Shown here: positions 1 through 16,344 of the stretch, piece by piece
Numbering within the stretch: the stretch's first letter is position 1
How the letters are laid out: each line of letters begins with the position of its first letter
Origin: Fistulifera solaris
Taxonomy: Eukaryota
NCBI GenBank assembly: GCA_030295235.1
Contig: AP026172.1
Location: forward strand, 248,001-312,000
Direction: 5' to 3'
DNA length: 64,000 bases
Made by a program: the position numbers and the translations under genes
Notes under the pieces: model-generated
What the model was told of the DNA's origin: nothing
Databases searched by the model: none
Seen by the model: the letters and a program-made list of their open reading frames with translations, nothing else

Positions 1-639
1 TCTCCGGGAATATTCCACCAACCACTACTCGGTCGTCTCCTACTTCATGTCAAGATTGGCGATCGAAACGCTGATTACAGCAATTCAGATTTTTGTTCTT
101 TGTCTATTGACCTACTACTTGATTGGTATGCAAGGGGGATTTGGTATTTTCTACACTGCAATATTTGCGCTGGCAATGTCAGGCACTGCACTGGGCGTGG
201 CCGTGGGATGCTCGACTGTGGATCCCAAGATGGCTATTGAACTATTGCCGGTAATGATTGTTCCGCAAATTCTTTTGCCGGCATCTTTGTTCAGATTGAT
301 TTGATTCCGAAGGTAAGAAAGATAACATAACTTGTCGCATTGCCTCACGATACCCTTTTCACTCATAATCGTTACTTTGTGTAGTTCCTGCGATGGGCCC
401 GCTATCTGTTTGCCCTTACTTATGCGCTTCGAGTCCTTGTAGTCAACGAGTTCGAAGATTGCGCGTCTGAAGAATTCTCGCAGTTGAATCCGCTCAATTA
501 TTGTCGTATAGTCCTCGAAAACACCGATTCAGATCCAGACGAGACATGGTGGAACTGGATTGTACTTGTATCTCTGTTCGGCTTTTTCCGTCTTCTCGCC
601 ATGCGAATTCTTCAAGTGAAAGCAATGAGATACTATTAA
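1..639 (+). CDS. ABCG/White-family ABC transporter, C-terminal transmembrane part (5'-partial)
   Basis: Reads REYSTNHYYSVVSYFMSRL...PQIL(F)AGIFVQIDLIPK|FLRWARYLFALTYALRVLVVNEF...WWNWIVLVSLFGFFRLLA, an ABC2-type TMD. GT-AG intron 313-384; stop TAA 637-639. One T is missing in the run near 273. Confidence 0.85.
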
Positions 640-1083
640 CAATATGTTTGCTACGTATGAGGAAGACAGATTCAGCCTCTCTATTAAGTACTTTTCTTTC
701 GTCGAAAGTTGTTACCCTCAGCGTGACATGACTCGAGTCCAGTGTGTTCACGAAATACTTCCATGCGTGATATTACCAGGTACGCTAGGTATGACGCAGA
801 AATGCGATGAGTTGGCCATTCCCGTTGAACAAAAACGGATGATGTGTTCATCACAGTCACCCGAAACGAGAGGATTTGATTGGCTGAAACCGCCATTAAC
901 AATATAGAATCAGATATAATGTAGAGACTTTTCCGTTCTGACTTCAACGTCATCACCCAACAACATAAGAAAAACCATCCTCTCAAAATCGCGGAAGCAA
1001 ATTGCGTTCATCCTCATCAAAATCAACCATCAACTCACGCCCGTACAAGTACAAGTAGTTATAATCACTAGCCATCCAATACC

Positions 1084-1943
1084 ATGAAACTTCCTGCTGC
1101 CATCTTTTCGCTTCTCCTTCTCAGCCCGGCTCTGGGTTTCGCACCAAATAAGGCTTCGAAAACGTCCACGGCCTTGCAGAATGACTTGTTTAAAGAACCT
1201 AGTGGCGACAAGAAGAGTGAAATGTCCAAGGCACTTCCTTTTGTGAAACGACCGAAACTACTTGATGGAACCCTCGCAGGAGATGTAGGCTTCGAGTAAG
1301 TCTGAAGTTGATTTGGGTGACTTTTGTTTGATACTCTGCCTTCCCTCACTTGGCAGTTCTTCTCCGACAGTCCTTTTGGTTTTGCCGGAAACGACATTCC
1401 CACTCTCGTTTACATGCGGGAGGCTGAGATCAAACACTGCCGCTTGGCCATGCTTGCTGTGGTCGGATGGCCCATTGCTGAGCTTTTTGATAAGCCCATT
1501 GCCGAGACGTTGGGCTTGCCGACTGCTTTGACCAAGTCGGGAGCTTCTCCGTCGGTCCTCAATGGTGGACTTGATCGAATCGATATTGCGTACTGGGTAA
1601 GAAATGAGGGAAAGTGATCATATCAATTACCAATTAATAGGCTTCATCTCACTCGAGCGTTGCTCTTGTTTAGGTTGCCGTTGCTGCTTTGGCCGGAATT
1701 GTCGAGTTGGAGAATGCAAAAGTCAAAGAAGAGAAAGGAAAGAAATACACACCGGGTGACTGCGGATTTGACCCCCTTAACTTATATCCTAAGAGCGACG
1801 CGGATAAGAAAGTAATGCAGACGAAAGAAATTAAGCATGGCCGCGTTGCAATGATGGCCATTTTGGGTTTCGTCGCCCAGGAAGCTCTCTACCGAATCCC
1901 TGTCGTTCAAGAGACGCCAATCTTTTTCAAACCTATTTTCTAA
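1084..1943 (+). CDS. Light-harvesting fucoxanthin-chlorophyll a/c binding protein (Lhcr/Lhcz-like)
   Basis: Signal peptide followed by ALG-FAP plastid motif. Contains GDVGFDPFG, REAEIKHCRLAMLA, GFDPLNL and KEIKHGRVAMMA. Introns 1296-1370 and 1597-1673. Confidence 0.95.
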
Positions 1944-2289
1944 TTAATAAAGAATTGCGCAGTATGTCATTTAAATTGCTAATATGTCTAGGTTTTGAAG
2001 CATGAGGTTGTTTGTGCAATCTGTTACCTAGTACTCCACCACTTTTTCCTGTCTACAGAGCTCTCACCATAGTCGCGACGGTTTCCGTCGCGTTTGCATT
2101 TTTCGCTCCAGAAGACCCATTGATATCTCTAGCTAGCCTCAACAAGGTAAGGTTTATTGCAGTAGGTCGTTCTTTGTTAATTCGTTTACGACTCAATTTC
2201 CAGTCCCGACAATGAAAAAGTAGAATAAAAATGCGCCCTCCTGTGCAGACTTTCAGACGCTTGTTTTTTTAGGTATGATTGATAGCCTA

Positions 2290-2436
2290 TTAAGGGTCGG
2301 CAGCACAACGGCGCGATGAAATCTGTTCCACGAAGGTTAAGGGTCAAGCAGCGCCACATCGCGATGAAATGTGTTCCACGAAGGTTAAGGGTCAAGCAGC
2401 GCCACATCGCGATGAAATGTGTTCCACGAAGGTTAA
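2290..2436. repeat. Tandem repeat, 3 x ~48 bp
   Basis: Unit TTAAGGGTCAAGCAGCGCCACATCGCGATGAAATGTGTTCCACGAAGG is identical at 2337-2384 and 2385-2432. A diverged copy lies at 2290-2336 and a closing TTAA at 2433-2436. Confidence 0.9.
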
Positions 2437-3030
2437 AGTGATTGAAGCGGATTGCCGGACTGTGCTGCGACGCGCTCTCTTGTCCCAAGTACTAGAAATC
2501 TAGGGTACCAGCAAGGTGCGGGAAAAAGTGTACACTCACGTAGGCCCCCGTAGAGAAATGTACCAAGCAGAGGTGCGTTCCCGTGTCTCCCAGGTACCTG
2601 GTAACAACGAATTCCGTCGACTGCCTGTACAAGTAGACTTTGTAGTTTGCTCGTTGAAGTTTGTTGTTCGCGCCAGCTAAGGTTAATGTTCACTTACGTG
2701 TCGTAGCGACACTGTTACCCTTGTCCCTTGTGCTCGTGCCTTTCCGTCGCTACATACAAAGCAATAGTAGTCACTTCATTGCTGGGTCACGGATGATAAC
2801 TATCGGTTTTAGCCTCGTCCTTTTCTTGATGAAACGAAAAAAATATGAAAGCGGCGGCAAAAGCAGCAAACCCATCTTTGTCGCAAGTCCTAGCCATTCC
2901 AGCGGCTACAACCAACGGAGTTTTACACGAACGAGCAAGAATTATTATCGATTCAAATCGATTGTTCTCCAGAATTAACGTGAATCACTGCTGCAAGATA
3001 CTTCGAAGCCTTTAAACAATCGGAGGGAAA

Positions 3031-6000
3031 ATGTGGAACAGCAACAACAATCCGAACGATCATCGGAATCGACATTACCCACCACAGCCACCGCCGGGCT
3101 ATCATTACCGTCAATCGCCTCCTACGTACCCCGATCCGCGGTACCCCCCGCATCATCCTCCCTACGGATACGGTCCTTACTGGCCTCCGCCGCAACATCA
3201 GCCTCCTCACGGTGAACGCCCCCGGAGCGGCAGCCACGGAGAGAACGTTTATTACCCGGAATTCAGGCACCACCCCGGAGATCATGCCAGAGAAGAAGAT
3301 ACGTTCGTGCCCGTCGCGCACCCAGAGGACGAGGAGGTCGCGGATGTCGCCGTTAGTGGAGTAGCTCCCCGAGGAAAACCGGAAGCCATGGCACAAGCCC
3401 TGGCGGCCGCGAAGATTGAGACGAAACGTGAAGAAATTGCGGAAATGAAACGCAAAGAGGAGGAACGCATGAAGTATGACGAAGACATGGAGGAAGATCC
3501 TGTCATGGAGGTGGAAGTCGAGGCAGAACCTATTCCAGAAGAAGACGAGGATGAAGCAATTGCCGAGCCTGTAGTTCAGTCATCGTCGCTTATCAAGAAA
3601 CCATTGGAAGCGAAAAGAAAAGCCCTAGTCGCAAGAAGAAACCAAAGCCGCCACTGTCGTCGTCAAGTTTGGAAGGTACTGGCTCAAATCTTTTGAGTCG
3701 TCCGGTGGATCCTGTTTCAGAAGTGGAGTGGGAAAATTTGGATGCATTAATGAATCAGTTCTGCCGCGTTCCTTTATTGGCAGAATTCAGTCGGCCTGTC
3801 TCGCTCTTACACCCAGAAGTAAGTATGATGTTGGGAATGTAGCATTGTGGAGCGATTTACCGGACTAACACCGGAATGTTCCGTTTTATTGCAGCTTATT
3901 TCCACTTATTCAAAGATCGTCAAGCATCCATTGGACCTTGGCCATATATGCCGAGGCATACGTCGTCGTCAATACAAAAACCTTCGCGATATACGCCTAG
4001 ACATGTGGCGCGTCTTTGCCAACTGCGTCAAGTATCATTCGCACCCGAACAACAAAGAGGCTGTCCCCTCCTTTGTTTCGATTGCTTTGCATTTGCGCGA
4101 ATTCTTTAATAATTTGTGGAACGAATATATGCTACCATCGGATCTCCCGGACAACGCTTCAACCACTATGAAAGAAATGTTCCAAACGAGACAGAAAGAT
4201 CGCAAATCAATATTGGAAAACTCAGGTGTGCTTACCATTACTCTGAAGATCACCGGCGTTACATCTCGTACAATCAGGAAATTCATCAAGGACGGTGGCA
4301 GGGTTGATGCGCTTGACACAGACGCTGTCTTTGGGCCGGATGCCAAAGAACAAGATAGAGATCTGGAAGTCGTTGTTGCGAATTTGACAAAGATTCGAGA
4401 AGACCTGATGGAGAGAGAGGACGATTATGCTCTTGAAAAATTTTACCAGGATCTAAAAGCTGCGTATACAATTGATGTTCTGGAAGAGAATCCGGCTCTT
4501 CGCAATCGCATTGGAAACCGCATTACACGTATGTTCTGGAAATTGTTCTTGCCGTTGCACGAAGCAAATACGAGAGGTGTGTCACAGTCGAGTATATGGG
4601 GCAACATTGCTGCGACTATCTGGGCCAGAGAAAGCAGTAAAAAACCGTTTTGGCCTGCACTTTGCCTCGGAATTTTGGCTCCAGAAGACCAAAGAGAGTC
4701 GTGGCACGAAAGCATTACGCAACGAAATGAAATGAGGCTCCCGGAGAAGCTTCGAGCGCCGTTGGAGGCGTCGCGAAACAAGTGTACCTTGGCACAACAG
4801 CGACAGCCCCTAAGTTACTTCATGGTTGAGTTTCTTGGAACCCACGAATTCATCTGGGTCCGCGAAACGGATATCATTGAAAACTTCGATGCAAGCAAAG
4901 ACCCGAACAAAGATGCTTCTTCTTCGAAGAAAAAGCGTGCGTCGAGAAGCGCAACGTCTAGTGTCATTGGATCGAAGACTTATGCCACGGCTCTGGAGGA
5001 ATGTACTTGGGCCATGGAAGAATACGAATCCGTGTTGCAGGATTGCTACAATAACACAAGCATTGGTGACACTGCTCAGGTCAATGAAGAAGAAGACGGC
5101 GATGATGTCAACTACAGCTACGCTGTTTTGGCACAATCCGACGACGAAGCTGACGACGAAGACACTCATGGATACGCTTATGATGATGCGACAATGTCCT
5201 TGTCGGATGTAGACGAAGCTAATTTCCTCTTGGAACATACAGGCTTACTGGACACTAGTTCTGAAGGCCGAAAGAACGCTAAAAAACGGGCACAAGCCAT
5301 GAAGAAAACGAGTATCGAGAAGCTTGGCGACACAAAGTCAAAGGGACGTAAAGATTTTAAATCAAAGAAAGAATCGAAACGAAAGGATGCCCAGCGGGCG
5401 AAAGAAGAAAAAAACTCGAGAAGCTCAGCGAGCAAAGGATTTGGATCGGGAGTTGAGGAAGGAAGAAAAAGAACTAGAAAAACGAAGAAAGAAACGTATG
5501 CGAGAGCGAGAGAAGGCTCTTCGACTAGAGACCCGCAAAAATAAAAAGCGCAGGTCGAGTCTCGGTAATGAAGACGATGATCGCGGATTGACTCTTGATA
5601 AACGAGCTAGAGCAACGGCGATAGTAAAAGCGTATCTGACACGGCTTGCACAAGATGACGACCATAAAAATCTTGGTATCGGTGGGGTAATGAACATCCC
5701 TGCGGTTATGATTGACTCGACTGGTCTTCTCGGCATGGCACTCGCTTTTCGATCTGCTGCTGGCGAGATTCCTGTCCCTGACGATGGGGACGATTCGATG
5801 GCTAGGTTGAAGCCCTGGGCTGCTGTTGACACGGAATCGCAGAAAACAAGTGCTGAGCGTATTGAAGCTCTTCAGACCAAGATACGTCTTCTAGAAGCCC
5901 ACATCAAGAAGAAGAGAAACAATATCAAGGTCCGAGGGGAGTTGACACAGGAAGCAATATCCAAACGGCTCAGTATGGAGGAGAGAATCGTTGCTGACGA

Positions 6001-6283
6001 TGAGCTGGCGCGCCGCAATCCATACAAGAAAAAGAAGCGGTACCCTTCACCAAAATCGACGACTAAGTCGAATCGGTCAAAGGAAGCAAATGACGAGACT
6101 GAAGATGACGAGGAGGACGAAGAAGATGATGCTGGAAGTGAGAAGCTACGGAGGGAGGACGACGACAACGGCGACGATGAAGATGATGACGATAAAACTC
6201 TAGAAAGTGCCAATCGCTCCGATGAAGATGTAGAGAGTGCAGCGTCTGCTGACATCGACGCTATGGACGTTGAAAACCCCTAG
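3031..6283 (+). CDS. Bromodomain + PWWP-like chromatin reader protein
   Basis: Pro/His/Tyr-rich N-terminus. Bromodomain EFSRPVSLLHPE|LISTYSKIVKHPLDLGHI...DMWRVFANCVKYH. PWWP-like IWARESSKKPFWPA...MVEFLGTHEFIWV. Basic and acidic tails. Intron 3819-3894; homopolymer frameshifts near 3600 and 5410. Confidence 0.8.
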
Positions 6284-6328
6284 ATAGTACTCCGTAATTA
6301 GAATACCTTTCCACAGTCTTAATCATAA

Positions 6329-8129
6329 TCATTGGTTTAAGGAATCCAAGTGGGGCTCGAACCGAAAATGATGATCTCTCTTGTTCTGTCTCATAATTTC
6401 GAGAAACGTTTGCTCGTAGCCAGAGAAGATTAAATGATCTTTGATGATAGAAGGTAGTTTAGCTTGACAAATGCGAAATTTCATTTCATGATATGTGGCT
6501 ACTGACACGACCTACCTTCTGCCATCCTACGTGTCACGTCAATCTCAGAGAAAAAAGTATTCGGTACGTAGCATCCTGCCATACCCACCCCGTCTCTATA
6601 AATATGGATCACTTGCCCAGGAACGAAAATCTCTGGTGTGATGCGATTTGTGACATCCCTCTCGATCAAATGATCGAAGTGCTCTCGAATGAGCGGAGTA
6701 ATCGTCTTACGAATCTTGCGTACTGCGTCATCGCTGAAAATCGTAGAGTTGAAAGTTTTCAGTGCTTTCAGAATGCTATCGATATCTCGCTGACTATACG
6801 GAATCCAATCGAATTCCTATTGAGCAAACAGCATGCGTGGAAAGATGAGAAAGTGCCAAACGAATTTTGTATTGTATCAGTAGCAGCGAAACGTACCACC
6901 AGGTTGAGCAGGAGATTTGTAATAGTAGCCGCACTGCATCGTGGAATCGCATCCGAATCATTGACAACGGTGGTGATGAAGGTTGACTTTTCGGCCAAAT
7001 CTTTTGAGAGGCACGCAGGACAACCGAAGCCAACAACCTCGACTTCAAAATTGCTCAACTCGTTGAATTCGATACCTGCAATCGACGCAGCACCAGCGCC
7101 AAGCGAATGTCCCACTAATTTGAGTTTGATTTTTGACCTCCCAGCCTTTCTACAAATTTCTTCTAGAGTTGCTCGATGTTTTTCGAATAGAAACTTTCCC
7201 CCTTTCAAAATGTAACCATGAGCCTTGCCTCCTCGATATCGTTCCGAATCACACAAGATATCCGTTATCGCATCCGCAATGGATTTGGTTCCTCGGACAC
7301 CCATGATCACTTCCAAGGGCGGAGCCATGAAGCCTTTCGTCTCTTGATTGCGCGGAATAGCGACATAATGCGCGGGCTCTCCGGGTGCACTGTCCACATT
7401 GGCATAGACCAAATCCGCCGGGACGGCCGCTCCACCCAATCCTTTCTCGATGTCGCTGACCGTGTCTGCATATGCCAGCAAGGCTAATTCGAGATCGCGG
7501 TTGAGTTCGTCGACCTTGTCAATGTCAATTGTGGAACAAAATCGGTGAATTCGCGCCTTCCAACTCGGATTCTTTCGTTCATCTTCACGCTCCAAGTAAT
7601 AAATGAATGTCGTTGGAGTCAATTTGGACAAGTCGATATCACCCACATATTTATCGGCGACTTGTTTGATGAGCGCCACGTACGTCTTGACCAATTCAAA
7701 GACTTCCTCAATGGTGAGATTATCGTGTAACTCTCCTTTTTGCATTTTATCACGTGCCTGTGCTACCAAATCGACCAATGCATCATTTTGCGCTTGTTCA
7801 TTCCCACTTATGAGAGACATGAAACCTGCCGCGATTTGTTGAAAGGCCATGATGGTATCTGGATGACGTTTATCGTCGTCTTTTGCGTCAGTTGTTTCGT
7901 CGTCGAGTGCCAACGCTTTTTTGAATGTATCTTTGATATCCGAAATATCGAAAGAAAACGGATGCGATTCTTCCGATGAAGCAGAAGACTTGCGTTCTAA
8001 TAGAGTTCGAGAAGCGTGAAAGGATTGAGCGGCAATCACTGTAGCCAACAAGGCGCGCGTTTTGGTCGATTGTCGAGCCAATCGTTGAACGGAATGTTGC
8101 AGCCGTAACTTTGCCGACGATCGAAACAT
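6329..8129 (-). CDS. Class 3 lipase (DAG-lipase-like alpha/beta hydrolase), possible mitochondrial presequence
   Basis: Motifs VRGT...D, AHGYIL, VGHSLGAG, VVNDSDAIPR, IFVPGQVIH and terminal DHL. Introns at about 6818-6896 and 6440-6515. Stop at 6329-6331. Confidence 0.85.
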
Positions 8130-8380
8130 GCGACGGGTTGTGCCCGGGGAATAATCAACTTGAATCAAACCGATCGATTTTTCAGAAAGAAAACAAAGGA
8201 AACTTTCGTGTCAAAAGAGCTTTGATTTCGGCTTCTTTAGCAACGGTTGGAATGAATTACAAAGCGTGTCTTTTGCGAAAAAGGCGTCCCGTACAATTGT
8301 CTACTTCATGGTCTGCTAAACCGCATCCATCCGGAACTGTACTGGTAACCTGTAACACTACCAGTACCCGGCCGGGGGGA

Positions 8381-8587
8381 GTAGTATTTTCACTGGTCCA
8401 GAAAATCTGGACCAGTAGTATTTTCAAAATGTCCCTAGCAAATCTGGGGGTGTGTTATTTACACTGGTCCAGAATATCTGGACCAGTTGTATTGTCACGT
8501 TCCCAGAAAATCTGGGCGACTGGTATTTACACGGGTCCAGAAAATCTGGACCAGTTGTATTGTCACGCTCCCAGAAAATCTGCATAC
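8381..8587. repeat. Tandem array of six ~34-bp palindromic units (alternating A/B, 68-bp dimer)
   Basis: Units start at 8381, 8415, 8452, 8486, 8520 and 8554. Core CCAGA-AAA-TCTGG; in A units the inverted repeat extends to ACTGGTCCAGA-nnn-TCTGGACCAGT. Confidence 0.9.
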
Positions 8588-8883
8588 TTCGTAGCCCATA
8601 GTGCAATGGATACGCAATCGAACCCAATCCTGGTTCCTGGTAAAAACTCGATACCCGAAGAAAGAGATGGACGACGACGTCGACTTGTTTTTGAGACTAT
8701 CAAATCGATTGATCATGACAACAGAGAGGCTGTTACTAGTGCGTTTATCAAGGTGTAAGGAAGCCAATAGTCGTCAAAGCTCAGGATTTTTTAGTAAAGT
8801 GAGGTCTTCACTCTTATTCTCCTGAAAAAACAAACTCGTCAGAAGCCATTTTCCCTGCAACGATTATTATCATCATCATCATC

Positions 8884-10826
8884 ATGCCTTCTCCGCGTGC
8901 TGCTTCTTCTTTCACAGGAAAGCGTGAAAAGCGTGTCGAATTTTCTCCGTCGCTCGAATCTATCGATCGTGATCATGAGCAGCCCGAGTCACCGCATCAT
9001 TCGAGCGCAGTCCCATGGGATACCGAGACAGGTACGAAGATGCTGATGTGCTCTCGAATGAAGGAGGTGTGTGTGTGTGTGTGTTCTCTCTCGTTTTCTC
9101 AGTCTTTTGGTGTCTTTTTACAAAACCTGGTAGACCACATGCTCTCGTATTTTCTCGGCGGAGAAATGGGGCATGGCCCGACTCCCATGTTCTCGACGGC
9201 GAACCCGAATTCGAGCAAAAAATATTACGAAGACGACGAGGATGCACCTCCTACCACACCGGCTGTTCCTTACTTTTATGCGGGGGCTCATCGTCGCAAT
9301 AATAATAAAACCGAGTCTCTGCAGCCCATGGCTGCGTCTTTGATTACTGGTGGACCCATGGTGACTTCACGACAAATATTGCGACAGTCCTCATCGACGC
9401 ATACCATGGATTCCTTGGAAAACCCATCACCAATTTCACCCGCGGCCTTGATTGGAAATGCGCACGAAAATTTAATGTTACCGCACAGTGATGATATATC
9501 TCCGCTCATTGCCTTTCAACGGCAGCAAATGACTTCGTCTTCCGATGCAAAGCCTATGGCATTTCAGCAAACTATGATAAATGGACCGGAAAAGTGGTGC
9601 CACCACCCTCAAGTAATGGAGAAACACTTTATCCGAGAAACACCGAAACGAGTCAACAACAACAACAACACATGGCCTGGTTACAAGAAATCAATGCCCG
9701 AGCCAAAATGTCGGGTCCGTCGGCGACGAGTACTCAGTTTGTACCACCGCCAATGCCCATGCAACCCGTGATGGCGTATTTCCCTCATCCTCATTTCATG
9801 GCGCAACATCCTTACTTATTTGCAGCTACCATGGCGCAACAACAGGACTCCAAAACTCCGGTCGAAAGTGAGGAGAAACGAGTCAAGCGTTTGGAGCGAA
9901 ATCGAGAGAGTGCTCGTAAAAGCCGTCGGAGGAAGAAGGAACGTTTAGAGACGCTGGAAGCCAAGGTGAACCATTTGCACGAGCAAATAGAGAACGAACG
10001 CAAGACTCTGATTCATGTCATGATTCAAAATACCAAGTCGTGGAGATGTGCGGAAATCGAGAAAGGACAGGTTCCGTCCGAGCAGGTGGTTCGCTACACC
10101 AGTCCATTTAGTCCCATGGCTCGTGCTGTCACGGAGTTTCAATACAATCGTTTACGGCAAGTAACGCTTCCGGGGTATCACAAATTCCTACTATGGTGTG
10201 TTTCGCGAGAAGATGATTTTTACACGTCGGCTCGAGAACAGTATGTGAAGCGTGTGGGTAACTCGGGAGGTGCCAACCGCTCGTCGGCCAACAAAATTAG
10301 TTCCAAACAGATCGGGGAAGAGTTGTTCAATGCTGGTACAAAGGTAGAAGAAAAAGAAGACCGCCAATTTCCAGCTTCGTCTTTTACGGATGATTATGAG
10401 AAAACGTGGCCGTTGATATGCTTCGAAATGAAATTCAGTGTCGACCAAGAAGAGAAATTCATGGCGTGTCGGAAGAAAGCCCGGGAGATTCCCAATTTAG
10501 ATTACATTCAGTCCGAAACGACCACAGCTGTTCGGACGGTCGAAAGCTTAAGCTCGGCAGTTGAATCTGTCAGCTATGCCGTGGGGAGACGTGAAGAAGC
10601 ATCGTTGAATTCCATCTTGACCCCGGCGCAGACTGCTGCCTATCAAGGGTGGCTGACACGGAACCGTAGTAAATGTCATCAAGCTTTCAACCGAGCGCAA
10701 GGGGATCAATCTCCTCTTCCGGCAGCAGACACAAGCGAGGCGGGTGTCAATCCAGCCAAGGATACCTCTCTGGTCGACATCTGCCGACGACTGAATGAGG
10801 TTCTACGAATTTCCAAACCGCAATAA
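8884..10826 (+). CDS. bZIP transcription factor
   Basis: EEKRVKRLERNRESARKSRRRKKERLETLEAKVNHLHEQIENE. Intron 9032-9133 contains (GT)n. Frameshift at the A-run near 9590. Confidence 0.9.
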
Positions 10827-10909
10827 TTGAAATGTTGACTCTGTGGACCAGAAAAGCTTTATCGACCGTATCAATTATACACGTAATCAATGGAATTAAC
10901 AAATTAAGA

Positions 10910-11909
10910 TTACAGTGTCGCGTTGAGAAGTGTCGGTTCTTTCGTTGTCAAAATCAAAATTATGATCCACGAAGCTCTATTCATTCGTCAAAAGAGCTAT
11001 GCGATCGGCTATGTATCTTCTACCCTGCACTACCTTGCGAATGTATTGACCTAGATGCTTGAACGTTCTCATCATGCTGTGGAGGCGAAGGATACTGGTT
11101 ACCAGGCGGAGGATGAAAAAGGGCTGGTGACCCCCGCTCATCCAGTTTGGTCCGTTGGGATAAGAAGGTCCGTAATTTCGGTGCATATGAGGAGGCATGT
11201 GATTGGGGGGACTTGCGTAATAACCTCGATAATCGGGTGGAGGATGACCTTGGTGATAAGGCATCGCTGGAGGACCCAGCGATGGTGGTGATTGATGGGA
11301 GTAATACGGTTGATGAGGAAAGGGCGCACTTGTCCTTGCTGCCGTTTCTGATGGGCTGTTTGTCGTGCCACTTCCGTGATCGTTGTCGACTGGTGTTAAC
11401 GTTGGGACCATCACGAGCACTTCCTGGAGATTATCAAACATCATGTGAGCCTAAAATTAGTGAAAGCGAAAACTTTGACATCATCTCTGACTCACTTTAT
11501 CGTCTTTTTCTTCTCCATTGTGATGAATTCTTCTAAGCTCCATGTTTTCGTTGTGTAACCTTCGAAGTACGTCTACACTTTTCCCTATCAGGTCCAGACG
11601 AGTCGATCCAGCGTTATCGACCGTATCTAGATCAACAGCATCTCCGACTGATTTCCTTCTTCGCTTTTGCTGACGATATGACATTGATTCGGACGATTCT
11701 TCCGGATCTATCAAGGATAAGATCGCCGCTAATTCGTCAAATGCGTTGGCTAAATCCGATCGGCGTTGTCTCTCGCGCTGTCGCTTTCGTTCCGATTTAG
11801 TCGCCTCATCTCCACCCGCAAGATCAGCATCCAGATCTTCTCCCGAAAAACCAGTCTCTCTTGCGTTGTCCATTGAATAATTACAACATTGCATTCCCAA
11901 GTTTATCAT
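10910..11909 (-). CDS. bHLH transcription factor
   Basis: KSERKRQRERQRRSDLANAFDELAAIL...TRLDLIGKSVDVLRRLHNEN. Intron 11424-11495. Pro/His-rich tail with a frameshift near 11118; the 3' end is uncertain. Confidence 0.75.
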
Positions 11910-12752
11910 TCACATGCTCTATATGTCAGCTTTTGGGTTGAATGAAATCGAAAATCCAGAGTTTCGTCTACTTTTTTAGTTTCTACCAGGTACCAGGTAC
12001 TGTTTAACAGAGAAATGAATTTGTTGGGGGCCGCTGACGGCCAATAGAGTGAGCATACTCTTTTCTATACAACAATCTCGCAAATCAAAACATTATGAAG
12101 GCCAAATGGCCTTTCGACGAAATATCTTGTCACTGCCAGCGCACGTACGACTGAAATAGTGTGAAAATGTTCGTGTCGGGTGAGCGAAAAAGCCTTGCAA
12201 CGCTATCAACGACACGTGCCTTTACTGATATTCGCTTGGCTTTTACTGGTACTGGTACCAGGTACATTATACTTTGTATCGAGCATCGAGCATCGAGCAC
12301 CGATAGCGCTCTTGTTGAAGACGCTAGAGTTAAGGTTGACGGATAATTACTTGCACCTTGCACCTTGATCGCACGTTTCGATCTGCGATAAACGTGCGAA
12401 ATAGATTGTGTACCACGCACCCTAAGTATCAATGACTTTCTTATAGTAAAATCCATCCTTTTTCGAGGAGACACATTGAGTAGATCTTTCTCAGTACTCC
12501 AACATCATAGTATCCTTCCGAGCGATCCAACTTACTGGACGCTTCTGGTTAACAAACGCTTGCTCTTGGACGGTAGGCAGTTTTCTTATTACACCTCACA
12601 AAACATTGGCGAGGATCAATAAAAGTCACAATTAAGAAACCAGACGTTGCGATGCAATCGGAGAATGATGCGTTTCAGCCTTGTCCCTGGGGCGATATTC
12701 GCTGACTGGGAACACAATTGCAAGAAAACGATCTGTCTACAAGGAAGCGAGC

Positions 12753-15671
<2,919 letters not shown>

Positions 15672-16344
15672 GACAATTAATATTATTTAGTCATAGTTAT
15701 TACGTTTGAAGCCGAATTTGTGATTATTTTTAAATTAAAAGCCGGCTAGGGACTCGGAAAACCATTGTCGTTTTTTATCCATGAGAAATTATTAGTACAA
15801 ATATCGTCTTGGACGTCAACTAACTTACAAAAGAAACCAAATTGTCGTTTAACGGGTATCCTACTATCTAACGAGACTTTCTAGAGGGGCTTGCATGCCT
15901 CCCGGGAATCTAAATACAGCTCGAGTTTTGGATCATTTGCAATCATTTCAACAAAATCGTTCAAATGCAGCATCACCAGGGCCCAAAAAGTACGAATATC
16001 GTTGCTGCTGCTGGGACATATAATTGGGCGTTGGTAGAACTGCCTATCAGTATCGTGTTAGTTCTGTTAAGATGCGTTCTCTCTCTCTCTCTCTCTAGAG
16101 CCTCTATTTGTTGCCTTGACCTCGCATCATTGTGTCCGAGTTTTCATGACTGGATTTTTCATTAGTCATGAGTTATCTTGAGCCGCCTCTCGCGCCTCGC
16201 ATCCGCACTCGCATCGCATCTCGCATCGCCATCATCCTCAATCACTCGCCACCTCTTTTTTTTAATAACGTGTCATCGTCTTTGATCCTAATTATCTCTT
16301 TAATTACCGATCGATGTTTCAAACAAACTGAAAAAGGTGCTACA

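Noticed and set aside
2290..2436. Telomeric repeat (TTAAGGG resemblance) or CRISPR
   Set aside because: The motif occurs once per 48-bp unit and the units are directly adjacent with no spacers.
6493..7215. 240-aa plus-strand ORF and other long shadow ORFs (e.g. 14442-15266, 38184-38726)
   Set aside because: They are antisense to well-supported genes and have no motifs of their own.
8381..8587. CRISPR-like array of palindromic repeats
   Set aside because: The intervening sequences are themselves repeated, so there are no unique spacers. There are no cas genes and the context is eukaryotic.
8111..8758. 215-aa ORF across the lipase/bZIP intergenic region
   Set aside because: It starts at TTG, is open largely because of the repeat array, and has no protein-like features.
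16077..16230. (CT)n and CGCAT microsatellites upstream of the INO1 fusion
   Set aside because: Common simple repeats with no evidence of a specific function.
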